The notes under the pieces were generated by a model. It did no database searches and had not been told where the DNA came from. It saw only the letters and a list, made by a program, of their open reading frames with translations. A program made the translations under genes and the position numbers. From Clostridia bacterium (lineage in GTDB: Bacteria; Bacillota; DSM-521; Neomoorellales; SLTJ01): a stretch of 64,000 nucleotides of DNA. Each line of letters opens with the position of its first letter. The first letter of the stretch is position 1. Location: the NCBI GenBank assembly GCA_024653205.1, contig JANLFO010000002.1, forward strand, positions 85,590-149,589. Reading direction: 5' to 3'. Shown piece after piece: positions 9,529 through 18,311 of this stretch.

Positions 9529-10499
9529 AGCATATGCCGGAATTCCTCAAGTTCATAGAGGAAGATCTGCGCCAGGTGGAGGCCGAACTCGAGCGCCAGA
9601 TTGCCGGTATCGGCATTCCGGTACTGGCCGAGGCCTCGGCCCACCTGCTGACGGCCGGCGGTAAGCGGTTGAGGCCTGCCCTGGCCCTTCTGGCGGGCAG
9701 GCTCTGCAATGCCTCCGTAAGGCGATTGCTTCCCCTGGCCGTAGCCCTGGAACTGATCCATATGGCCACTCTGGTTCACGACGACGTGGTAGACGAATCT
9801 CCCACGCGCCGGGGCCGGCCGACGGTAAGGGCCCGGTGGGGCGATCAACTCTCCCTGCACACGGGCGATTACCTCTTTGCCCGCTCCTTGGTGCTGGTGG
9901 CCCAGTACCAGGATCACCGGATAGCCTCCTCCCTGGCCCGGGTAAGCGTGAATATGTGCCAGGGCGAAATCCGGCAGATGGCCTCCGAGTATGATGTGCG
10001 CCAGGGCCTGAAGGATTATCTCTCCCGGATCAAGGCCAAGACCGCGCTCCTCATTTCCGCGAGCTGCGCCCTGGGCTCCCTGGTGGCGGGAGCGGCGGAG
10101 GAAGTGGCTAGAAGGCTGGGGGCCTACGGCTATTACCTGGGAATGGCCTTTCAGATTACGGACGACATCCTGGACCTGGTGGCCAGCGAAGAAGAGCTGG
10201 GTAAGCCGGTGGCCAGCGATTTGCGTCAAGGCATCCTTACGCTCCCTACGGTATACGCCCTGCGCTCGAGTTCCCGAAAGGAGGAACTGGCTGCGGTCAT
10301 CTCCGGCCGGCACCTGGACGAGGGTGCCGTAACCCGGGTGCTGGAGCTGATCCGCGAATCCGGAGCCCTGGAGTTTTCCCGCCGAGTGGCCGCCAGGTAT
10401 CTGGAGAAGGCGCGTCGGAAGCTGGAAGGCCTCCCCAAAGGTCAACCCCTGGAGGCACTCGTGGCGGTAGCCGATTTTGTAGGTCACAGGCGTTTCTGA
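9525..10499 (+). CDS. trans-Polyprenyl diphosphate synthase (heptaprenyl/octaprenyl type)
   Basis: 324 aa with both Asp-rich motifs (LVHDDVVDES and QITDDILD). The TTG start overlaps the upstream stop (cTTGA). Confidence 0.9.
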   Translation: MKHMPEFLKFIEEDLRQVEAELERQIAGIGIPVLAEASAHLLTAGGKRLRPALALLAGRLCNASVRRLLPLAVALELIHMATLVHDDVVDESPTRRGRPTVRARWGDQLSLHTGDYLFARSLVLVAQYQDHRIASSLARVSVNMCQGEIRQMASEYDVRQGLKDYLSRIKAKTALLISASCALGSLVAGAAEEVARRLGAYGYYLGMAFQITDDILDLVASEEELGKPVASDLRQGILTLPTVYALRSSSRKEELAAVISGRHLDEGAVTRVLELIRESGALEFSRRVAARYLEKARRKLEGLPKGQPLEALVAVADFVGHRRF

Positions 10500-10519
10500 G
10501 AGCGGTCGGGGGGAGCTAT

Positions 10520-12496
10520 ATGGTCTTTGCCCTGGACATCGGTACCAGGGTGGTCGTGGGGGTAGTGGTGGAGCCCGCACGGTCGGGTTGGCGGATCCGG
10601 GCCTCGGCCGTTGAAGAGCACGGTCAGAGGGCCATGCTGGACGGCCAGATACATGACGTTCTCGCAGTGGCGGAAACCATAGCCAGGGTCAAGTCGCGGC
10701 TGGAGAAAAGGCTCGGGAAGGAACTCAAGGAGGTGGCGGTGGCTGCGGCGGGCAGGGCACTGCGCACCCAACGGGCCCGTTCCGGGCAGCGGGTATCCAC
10801 CACCAGACCGGTGGCCCGGGAGGAGGTACTGGCCCTGGAAATTGAGGCCGTCCAGGAAGCCCTGCGCCTCCTGGCCCGCAGCGACGCGGCCTGGAACGAG
10901 TACCATTGCGTGGGCTACAGCGTAGTGGGCTATTGGCTGGACGGCAGCGCCATCGGGAATCCGGTGGGCCAGCGGGCGAACACGATAGAGACGGAAGTGG
11001 TGGCCACCTTCCTGCCCCGGGTGGTTATTGATTCCCTGTACTCGGCGGTAGAACAGGCGGGGCTCACCGTGCAGAGCCTGACTCTGGAGCCCATTGCCGC
11101 CGGGTCCCTCGTGATCTCCCCCACCATGCGGCAGCTCAATCTCGCCCTGGTAGACGTGGGGGCCGGCACGTCCGACGTGGCCGTGGCGCGAGAGGGTGCC
11201 CTGGTAGCCTTCGGAATGGTGCCGCTGGCCGGGGATGAGGTGACCGAATGCCTGTGCCGCGAGTTGCTGGTGGACTTTTACGAGGGAGAAACGGTCAAGC
11301 GCCGTCTCCGCTGCGGCGGCGAGGTCACCTTCCGGGACGTGGTAGGCCAGACGCACACCCGGTCAGCCGGGGAACTGGTGGCCGTAATTGAGCCGACGGT
11401 GAGGGAAATCGCCCGCCATATTGCCGAGGAGATAATCGGTCTTAACGGCAAGGCGCCGCAGGCGGTGATTCTCATCGGTGGCGGCAGCCTCACCCCGGGC
11501 CTGTCCGAAGCCTTGGCCGGGTGGCTGGAACTCTCCCCCCAACGGGTGGCGGTGAGAGGATTGGAGGCCGTACCGCAGGTCTCCGGCGCCATTAAGGGCA
11601 TTGAGCCGGCCCAGGCGATCACTGCCCTGGGCATAGCCCTGGCCACCCAGGGAAACCAGGTATTGGATTTTGCCCAGGTCCAGGTCAATCGCCGGCCCGT
11701 GCGACTGCTCAAGGGTGGGGGAGCCACGGTGGCGGATGCCCTGCTGGCTGCGGGCATCGGCCTGCGAGAGCTGTACGGCGGGGTGGGAAGGGGTCTGACC
11801 GTAGAGGTGAACGGCGAGCTGAGGCTCATAAGGGGAGGTATCGGCCGCCCGGCAACCATCACCGTAAACGGGCGGCCGGCCAATCTGGACAGCCCGGTCG
11901 GCTACGGAGACGCTGTTGAGGTGGGACTGCCCGAGCCGGGGGAGGAGCCCCGGGTTACCGTGGGTGAGCTCTTGCCTGACGGTACTGCCAAAACCGTATA
12001 CCTTGAAGATCGGCCGGTTACCCTGCACCCCCGGGTGTGGATGAACGGGGTGGAAGTCGAGCCGGACACGGTGGTAACCGATAACGCGCGTATCACCTAC
12101 GAGGACTATTCCACGGTGGAGGCTGTACTGCGTTACCTCAATCGGTCCTTGAGCGCCGGCGACAGGATCGTGGTCAACGGCCGGACGGCGGAACCGGGCC
12201 AGCCGATACGGGACGGCGATCGCCTCAACCTGGTTCCGGCTGCGGGGGACGCTCGGGAAGGCGAACAGGGCAAAGCAGAGACGCCTTCCCTGGCCGTCAC
12301 CTTCAACGGGAAACCCTTGCAACTGCCCTTGCCCAAAACGGGTGAGCCCATGGTAATTGACGTATTGCGTTACGCCCGGGTGGATACCGATCCTCCGCCG
12401 GGGAAGACGGTACTGGTAGTAAGGCTGAACGGGCAAAGGGCGAACTTTACCGATCCTCTGAAGGATGGGGACGAGGTATTCGTCGGGTGGGAATAA
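10520..12496 (+). CDS. Actin-fold ATPase (FtsA/PilM/EutJ superfamily) with a C-terminal array of ThiS/MoaD-like repeats
   Basis: 658 aa. ALDIGT, LVDVGAGTSDV and ILIGGGSLTPGL match the phosphate-1, phosphate-2 and adenosine motifs. The C-terminal 270 aa carries repeated xNG...DGDxV modules. Confidence 0.7.
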   Translation: MVFALDIGTRVVVGVVVEPARSGWRIRASAVEEHGQRAMLDGQIHDVLAVAETIARVKSRLEKRLGKELKEVAVAAAGRALRTQRARSGQRVSTTRPVAREEVLALEIEAVQEALRLLARSDAAWNEYHCVGYSVVGYWLDGSAIGNPVGQRANTIETEVVATFLPRVVIDSLYSAVEQAGLTVQSLTLEPIAAGSLVISPTMRQLNLALVDVGAGTSDVAVAREGALVAFGMVPLAGDEVTECLCRELLVDFYEGETVKRRLRCGGEVTFRDVVGQTHTRSAGELVAVIEPTVREIARHIAEEIIGLNGKAPQAVILIGGGSLTPGLSEALAGWLELSPQRVAVRGLEAVPQVSGAIKGIEPAQAITALGIALATQGNQVLDFAQVQVNRRPVRLLKGGGATVADALLAAGIGLRELYGGVGRGLTVEVNGELRLIRGGIGRPATITVNGRPANLDSPVGYGDAVEVGLPEPGEEPRVTVGELLPDGTAKTVYLEDRPVTLHPRVWMNGVEVEPDTVVTDNARITYEDYSTVEAVLRYLNRSLSAGDRIVVNGRTAEPGQPIRDGDRLNLVPAAGDAREGEQGKAETPSLAVTFNGKPLQLPLPKTGEPMVIDVLRYARVDTDPPPGKTVLVVRLNGQRANFTDPLKDGDEVFVGWE

Positions 12497-12525
12497 CCCG
12501 CGCCGGGAAAAGGGAGGTGTGAGCG

Positions 12526-12651
12526 ATGGCAGTATGGCAATGCCGGCAGTGCGGCTACGAGAAGGATGCCCGATGCCGGCCGAAAAAATGTCCCGAATGC
12601 GGGGAAAAGGAGAGTTTTGGCCGGAAGGACGCCAAGCCGGGCAAGAAATAG
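12526..12651 (+). CDS. Small zinc-ribbon (rubredoxin-like) protein, 41 aa, absent from the ORF track
   Basis: ATG 8 nt after AGGGAGG. The peptide MAVWQCRQCGYEKDARCRPKKCPECGEKESFGRKDAKPGKK has two CxxC knuckles. TAG at 12649-12651. Confidence 0.55.
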   Translation: MAVWQCRQCGYEKDARCRPKKCPECGEKESFGRKDAKPGKK

Positions 12652-12733
12652 GACCGCGCCGGGGAGGCATCGGGGCCCGAGTGCCCTCACCCATCAACCG
12701 GAGGCGGTGGCGTTCCCCCGGGTATCGCAGGCG

Positions 12734-13582
12734 CTAGGAGGGGCATATCTGGTTCCAAAGCCGACGCAGACGGCGACGGTAGGCACCGGGATCGCGAAGG
12801 GCCGCGCGGAAGGCCTCCAGCCGCCGGGGGAAGTGACGCCCGAGCAGGCGCTCGAGGTTCGTCACCGCCGAGGGATAGGGGTTGAGGGGGTCGTAGGAGA
12901 CGGATTGCGCCCCGGCAGCATAAGCGGCTCTGATCAGCCTGGAAAGGTTCTCCGGAGTGTCCGTCAGTCCGGGTATGACCGGGGCCACGAAAATCCAGGT
13001 GCACACGCCACGGCGGGCGAGGGCCTGCAGGGCCCGCAGGCGGCAGGAGGTGGGCGGGGCTCCCGGTTCCAGCAGGCGTGCCAGGGCGTCATCGGCTGCG
13101 GTCAGGCTGAAGCCGACGCTAACCCGGGGCAGGCAGCTGATCAGATCGAGATCGCGAACCACCAGGTCGGATTTGGTGAGGATTCCGACCTCCAGCTCAC
13201 TCTCTCTCAACAACTCCAGGCACTCGCGGGTCAGTCCGAATTTCTGCTCTGCCGGCTGATAGGCGTCGGTCACCGAGGCCAGCATCACACTGCCTCTCCG
13301 GGTACGCCGCAGTTCCCGGAGGAGGCAGGGCACAAAGTTGGTCTTCACCTCGACGAAGGTTCCCCAGCGCCGACCCTCCCCGGCCTGGCTTTTCATACCC
13401 GCCGCATAGCAATACAGGCACCCGTGGGTGCAGCCGGTATAGGGGTTGAGACAGTAGTCCACTCCGGGAATACGTGAGGGATTGAGGGCGGTTCGGCAGG
13501 TCTTCAGCCCTATTTCTATTCCCGGCAGAAACAGGCCGGGGTCGGGTCCCGGAGGCGGACGGTTGAGCACCGGAGGCGCCAC
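12734..13582 (-). CDS. Radical SAM protein (SplB/COG1533-like)
   Basis: 282 aa with the CxxxCxxC cluster motif (GCTHGCLYCYA) near the N-terminus. Confidence 0.85.
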   Translation of the reverse strand: MAPPVLNRPPPGPDPGLFLPGIEIGLKTCRTALNPSRIPGVDYCLNPYTGCTHGCLYCYAAGMKSQAGEGRRWGTFVEVKTNFVPCLLRELRRTRRGSVMLASVTDAYQPAEQKFGLTRECLELLRESELEVGILTKSDLVVRDLDLISCLPRVSVGFSLTAADDALARLLEPGAPPTSCRLRALQALARRGVCTWIFVAPVIPGLTDTPENLSRLIRAAYAAGAQSVSYDPLNPYPSAVTNLERLLGRHFPRRLEAFRAALRDPGAYRRRLRRLWNQICPS

Positions 13583-13744
13583 TTCCCTTCGTGGGGAACG
13601 TTACCTCTTAGTTCCGGCTTGATCATAGCATTTATGTGCCCCGATTTCCACTTTCCCGGCATTCATTTCCCCGTTCCCCGCGCCGGCTCCGCGCTCACGC
13701 CTCGGCGGAAAACGTAAGCCGCAAGACCGGCGTCCCGCCCTTGG

Positions 13745-13773
13745 TTGACGGGCACGGCACGCCGAAATAGAAT
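13745..13773 (+). promoter_or_regulatory. Candidate promoter of the tetrapyrrole operon (TTGACG-17 nt-TAGAAT)
   Basis: TTGACG at 13745-13750 and TAGAAT at 13768-13773, about 70 nt upstream of sirC. Confidence 0.45.
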
Positions 13774-13842
13774 CAGGGCGGCGGTCCTTTCGGTCAGCCT
13801 GATAGGAAAGACCGAACATGGTGGAAAAGAGGGATCGGCAGG

Positions 13843-14490
13843 ATGGACGGTCCCAAGTCTTATTATCCGGTTTGCCTCGATCTGGAGCACCGGAGGTGCC
13901 TGGTAGTAGGAGGCGGAAAGGTAGCCGAGCGAAGGGTGGTCGTCCTGCTGAAATGCGGGGCGGAGGTCGAGGTGGTGAGCCCCACCCTCACGCCCGAGCT
14001 GCAGGAGATGGCCGAGCGGGGGCAGATAGTATACCATCAGTGCGCCTTCCATGCGGCCATGTTGGAAGGAATGACGCTGGTGATAGCCGCCACCGACCAT
14101 TCCGGGGTGAACGCCCAGGTAGCCCAGGAGGCGCGACGGCGCGGCTTGCTGGTGAACGTGGTGGACGAGCCCGAGCAGGGCAATTTTCTGGTGCCCGCTA
14201 CCCTGAGGCAGGGGCCGCTGGTGGTAAGCGTTTCCACCAGCGGGCTGAGCCCCGTCCTGGCCCGCCGTATTCGGGACGAACTGGCCCGGGAGCTGGGTCC
14301 GGAATACGCCGAGTTGCTGTTGACCGTAGGCCGGTTAAGGCGCTGGCTGCGGGAAGAGGTTTCGGACGCTCGCGTCAGGCGGGAACTCTGGTTCAGACTG
14401 GTGGACAAGGAGCCTCTAGACCGGTTGTTGGCCGGTCGAAAGGAGCTGGAGCAGCGGGTGAGACAATGGACCTCCTCATGGCGGGCGTAA
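13843..14490 (+). CDS. sirC: Precorrin-2 dehydrogenase / sirohydrochlorin ferrochelatase (siroheme synthase N-terminal-type)
   Basis: 215 aa. YYPVCLDLEHRRCLVVGGGKVAERR is the typical NAD-binding N-terminus of CysG-N/SirC. It sits at the head of the hem operon. Confidence 0.85.
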   Translation: MDGPKSYYPVCLDLEHRRCLVVGGGKVAERRVVVLLKCGAEVEVVSPTLTPELQEMAERGQIVYHQCAFHAAMLEGMTLVIAATDHSGVNAQVAQEARRRGLLVNVVDEPEQGNFLVPATLRQGPLVVSVSTSGLSPVLARRIRDELARELGPEYAELLLTVGRLRRWLREEVSDARVRRELWFRLVDKEPLDRLLAGRKELEQRVRQWTSSWRA

Positions 14491-15830
14491 ACCACCGTAC
14501 CGCGCCGGTAGAGGTACGGGAAAAGCTGGCGCTGCCCCCCGGGCGGCTTCCTTTGGTCCTTGCCGGGCTTCGTGAAGGGCTGAGGGCTTCAGGGTGCGTG
14601 TGGCTTCAGACCTGCAACCGCACGGAGGCCTACGTCACCGTAGCCGCTGCCGAGGAGGCCGAGGAAATCCTGGTGGGTTTCCTGCGCGAGATCTGCGGGC
14701 TGCCGCTGGCGGAACTGCGACCCCTCCTCTACGTCAAGCGTTCGCGGGCGGTGGTAGATCACCTGTTTGGTGTGGCCTCCGGGCTGGACTCGATGCTCCT
14801 GGGGGAGACGGAAATCCTGGGCCAGGTGCGGCGGGCCCACGAGTGGGCTCGCGAACGCGGGTTTGCCGACCGGCTGCTGAATGCCCTTTTCCAACAGGCG
14901 GTCAGCGTGGGCAAGCGGGTCCGAACCGAGACCAGAATCGACCAGAACCCGGTTTCGGTGAGTTACGCCGCCGTCCAGATGGCGAGAAGGATCGTGGGTA
15001 GCCTGGAAGGCCGGACCGTACTGGTTATCGGGGCGGGCAAGATGGGATCGCTCACGGCCGCGCACCTGGTGGGGGCGGGAGTCCGGGCCGTCCTGGTGTC
15101 CAACCGATCCCACGAACGCGCGTTGCATCTGGCCGAGCGGCTGGGCGGAGAGGCCGTGCGTTTTGACCGGCTGCCTCAACACCTCGCCCGCGCGGACATA
15201 GTAATAAGCAGCACCGACGCCCCGCACCCGGTGGTTTGCCGGTCTGCCGTGGCCGGGGTGCTTTCCGAGCGGCAAGGCCGGCCTCTTGTCTTCATCGACA
15301 TTGCCGTACCTCGAGACGTGGACCCCGCAGTGGCCGAATTGCCGGGAGTCTACCTTTATGACATCGACGACCTGGAGCAGGTGGTGGAAGACAGCCTGGC
15401 GCTGAGGCGGAGCCTGGCCGACCGGGCGCGGGGCATAGTGGGCGAGGAAGCAGACGCCTTCGCCACCTGGATGAAAACCCTTTCCGTGGTTCCCACCATA
15501 ACCGCCCTAAAGAGAAAGGCCGAAGCCATACGGGATGCGGAGGTAAGGCGGGCGCTTAACCGTCTGGGGAAGGTGGATCCGCGGCAGGAGCGGATAATCA
15601 CCCGGATGGCGTTTTCCATAGTAAGCCAGCTCCTTCACGACCCGGTGGTCAATCTCAAACGCCTGGCCGCCGAAGGGGACGGAGCGGCGTACGCCGAGGC
15701 CCTGCAGAGACTGTTCGCCCTATCCGACGAGGTCTCACCGGATGAGATCCCGGCGGGTGCGACCGGGCGGGAGACGGGAGGGCTCTGCCAGGCGGGGCTA
15801 CCGAAGGGCGGGGCACAGGACGGTGGCTAG
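14466..15830 (+). CDS. hemA: Glutamyl-tRNA reductase
   Basis: Homology begins at MDLLMAGVNHRTAPVEVREKLA (ATG 14466). The active-site TCNRTE motif is present. The 13818 start in the ORF track is an out-of-context extension over sirC. Confidence 0.92.
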   Translation: MDLLMAGVNHRTAPVEVREKLALPPGRLPLVLAGLREGLRASGCVWLQTCNRTEAYVTVAAAEEAEEILVGFLREICGLPLAELRPLLYVKRSRAVVDHLFGVASGLDSMLLGETEILGQVRRAHEWARERGFADRLLNALFQQAVSVGKRVRTETRIDQNPVSVSYAAVQMARRIVGSLEGRTVLVIGAGKMGSLTAAHLVGAGVRAVLVSNRSHERALHLAERLGGEAVRFDRLPQHLARADIVISSTDAPHPVVCRSAVAGVLSERQGRPLVFIDIAVPRDVDPAVAELPGVYLYDIDDLEQVVEDSLALRRSLADRARGIVGEEADAFATWMKTLSVVPTITALKRKAEAIRDAEVRRALNRLGKVDPRQERIITRMAFSIVSQLLHDPVVNLKRLAAEGDGAAYAEALQRLFALSDEVSPDEIPAGATGRETGGLCQAGLPKGGAQDGG

Positions 15831-16779
15831 GAAGACGCGGATAACCATCGGTACCCGGGGCAGCGAGCTGGCCCGCCGGCAGGCGGACTACGTCGGCAGG
15901 GAACTCCTGCGATACTGGCCCGGCCTGGAGGTTAGCTTCAGGATCGTAAGGACCCGGGGCGACAAGCTTTCCGACGTGCCCCTGGCCAAGATAGGCGGCC
16001 GGGGCGTCTTCGTGAAGGAATTGGAGCAGGCGCTCCTGGCAGGCCAGGTAGACCTGGCGGTGCACAGTCTGAAGGACCTGCCCACCGAGCCTACCCCGGG
16101 GCTGATTCTGGCCGCGGTTACGGAAAGGGCCGACCCCAGGGATGCGCTGGTGTGCCCGGCCGGGTTAAAGTTCTCCGCCCTACCCCCGGGAGCGCGGCTG
16201 GGAACCGCCAGTCTTCGCCGCCAGGCCCAGCTCCGCCACTGGCGACCCGACCTGGTGCTGGAGGATCTCCGGGGAAACATACCTACACGCCTGCTCCGGA
16301 TGCAGGAAAGGAGACTGGACGGAATAGTGGTGGCCGCGGCCGCCCTGGAACGACTGGGCCTCGCCGACCGGATCACCGAGTATCTCTCTCATGAAATCTG
16401 TCTTCCGGCGGCGGGCCAGGGAGCCCTGGCCCTACAGGCTCGGGCGGGGGACGAGGCCATCCTCGAGCTGGTGCGGCCCCTGCACCATGCGCCTACCGGC
16501 GCGGCGGTGACCGCCGAGAGGGCGTTCCTGGCCGCCCTCCAGGGCGGGTGCCAGGTACCCGCCGCGGCTCACGCCTACGTAGAGGAGGGGGCGCTTTACC
16601 TGGAGGGCCTGGTGGCCGGCGCCGACGGCCGGGAGCTAATCCGGGGAGAAAGGCACGGTGCCGTCCGAGATGCCGAGAGCCTGGGCCGGGCCTTGGCCGG
16701 GGAACTGCTGGCCAGGGGCGGGGAGGGAATCCTCGGCCGGATCCGTCCCTCGGGAGGTAAGGACATGGAATCGGGATAG
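15823..16779 (+). CDS. hemC: Porphobilinogen deaminase (hydroxymethylbilane synthase)
   Basis: Conserved N-terminus (V)ARKTRITIGTRGSELA starts at GTG 15823 and overlaps the hemA stop (GTGGCTAG). Stop TAG at 16777-16779. Confidence 0.9.
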   Translation: MARKTRITIGTRGSELARRQADYVGRELLRYWPGLEVSFRIVRTRGDKLSDVPLAKIGGRGVFVKELEQALLAGQVDLAVHSLKDLPTEPTPGLILAAVTERADPRDALVCPAGLKFSALPPGARLGTASLRRQAQLRHWRPDLVLEDLRGNIPTRLLRMQERRLDGIVVAAAALERLGLADRITEYLSHEICLPAAGQGALALQARAGDEAILELVRPLHHAPTGAAVTAERAFLAALQGGCQVPAAAHAYVEEGALYLEGLVAGADGRELIRGERHGAVRDAESLGRALAGELLARGGEGILGRIRPSGGKDMESG

Positions 16780-18290
16780 TATACCTGGTAGGCGCGGGAC
16801 CGGGCGATCCGGGTCTCCTTACCCTCAAGGGCCAGGCCTGCCTCAGGAAGGCTCAGGTAGTAGTGTACGATCGGCTGGTCAATCCTCAGCTCTTGCGGTT
16901 CGCCCCGCCGGAGGCGGAACTTATCTATGTCGGAAAAGAGCCGGGCACCAAGGCCTTTACCCAGGAGGATATCAACCGGCTGCTGGCGGACAAGGCCCGG
17001 CAGGGCAAGGTGGTGGTCAGGCTCAAGGGCGGGGACCCCTTTGTCTTCGGACGGGGAGGAGAAGAGGCCGAGGCTCTTGCCGCAAGCGGCATTCCCTTCC
17101 GGGTGGTGCCGGGAGTCACGGCCGCGGTGGCCGTGCCGGCCTACGCCGGGATACCCGTGACCCACCGCCGCTTCAACTCCGCCTTCTCCGTCCTGACGGG
17201 TCACCGGCAGGAAGGGGAGGATCCCGCGCTCGCGCCTCCCCCGGAGGGTGACGCCTGCGGCACCATGATATTCCTCATGGGCCGCCAGAACCTGGCCCGC
17301 ATCTGTGCCCGGCTGCGGGACAAGGGGTTGGACCCGGACACGCCGGTGGCGGTAATCGAGCGCGGCACCACCTCCGACCAGCGTACGGTGGTGGGCAACC
17401 TGGCGAACATAGAAGAAGAGGTGGCCCGGACCGGGCTGTCGAACCCGGTGGTGACGGTGGTGGGCAGGGTGGTCGAACTGCGGCAGACCCTGGCCTGGAA
17501 GGAAAAGGAGCCGCTGTTCGGCCGACGCATCGTCGTCACCCGCGCCGCCTCCCAGGCCGAAGGCCTCCGTCTGGCCCTGGAGGACCTGGGAGCGGAGGTC
17601 CTGGAATTTCCCCTGCTGGAGGTCGCGCCCCCTTCGGATCCCCGGCCTTTAGAGCGGGCGGTAGAGCGGGCCGCGAGGGGAGGGTATGACTGGCTGGTGT
17701 TCACCAGCGCCAACGGGGTAGAGGCCTTCTTCGGTTGTCTTTTTGCCCGCGGCCGGGACGCCCGTAGCCTGGCCGCAACCAGGATCGCGGCCATCGGCCC
17801 GGCTACCGCCCGGGCATTGGGCTCGTTTGGGCTCCGACCCGAGGTTCTGCCGCCGGAGTACCGGGCGGAGGGCCTCCTGGCCGCCCTGGCGGAGCACGAT
17901 CTGGCCGGGCGGCGGGTACTGCTTCCTCGGGCCGAGGTTGTGCGGCCGGTCTTGTCGCGGGGCCTGCGGGAAATGGGCGCCGTGGTAGAAGAAGTAACGG
18001 CCTACCGGACCGCACGCCCCCGGAACGATCCCGAGCAGCTTCGCCGGCTGTTGTCCGCGGGGAGGGTGCAGGCCGTTACCTTTACCAGCCCTTCGGCGGT
18101 AAAACACTACTGCGAGCTATTCGGGGACGAGGCTGCTTCCTTGCTGGGGGGAGCCGCAGTGGCCAGCATAGGGCCCGTAACGAGCGAGGCCGCGCGGGAA
18201 TACGGGCTCAGGGTAGACGTCGAAGCCCGCCCGTACACCGCCGAAGGACTGGTCGGGGCCCTGGTGGAATACTTCAAGCGTTCCACATGA
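16776..18290 (+). CDS. cobA: Uroporphyrinogen-III C-methyltransferase / uroporphyrinogen-III synthase fusion (start codon unresolved)
   Basis: The SUMT motif VYLVGAGPGDPGLLT is encoded at 16779-16823, upstream of the first canonical start (GTG 16863). The frame is open from 16761. The C-terminal half is HemD-like. See findings. Confidence 0.85.
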   Translation: MVYLVGAGPGDPGLLTLKGQACLRKAQVVVYDRLVNPQLLRFAPPEAELIYVGKEPGTKAFTQEDINRLLADKARQGKVVVRLKGGDPFVFGRGGEEAEALAASGIPFRVVPGVTAAVAVPAYAGIPVTHRRFNSAFSVLTGHRQEGEDPALAPPPEGDACGTMIFLMGRQNLARICARLRDKGLDPDTPVAVIERGTTSDQRTVVGNLANIEEEVARTGLSNPVVTVVGRVVELRQTLAWKEKEPLFGRRIVVTRAASQAEGLRLALEDLGAEVLEFPLLEVAPPSDPRPLERAVERAARGGYDWLVFTSANGVEAFFGCLFARGRDARSLAATRIAAIGPATARALGSFGLRPEVLPPEYRAEGLLAALAEHDLAGRRVLLPRAEVVRPVLSRGLREMGAVVEEVTAYRTARPRNDPEQLRRLLSAGRVQAVTFTSPSAVKHYCELFGDEAASLLGGAAVASIGPVTSEAAREYGLRVDVEARPYTAEGLVGALVEYFKRST

Positions 18291-18311
18291 TAAGGAAACG
18301 AGGGATCAACG

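Noticed and set aside
13818-14465. 5' extension of the hemA ORF (the track start at 13818 gives a 670-aa protein).
   Set aside because: The extension overlaps sirC in another frame and is Arg/Gly-rich. HemA homology starts at MDLLMAGVNHRTAP (ATG 14466).
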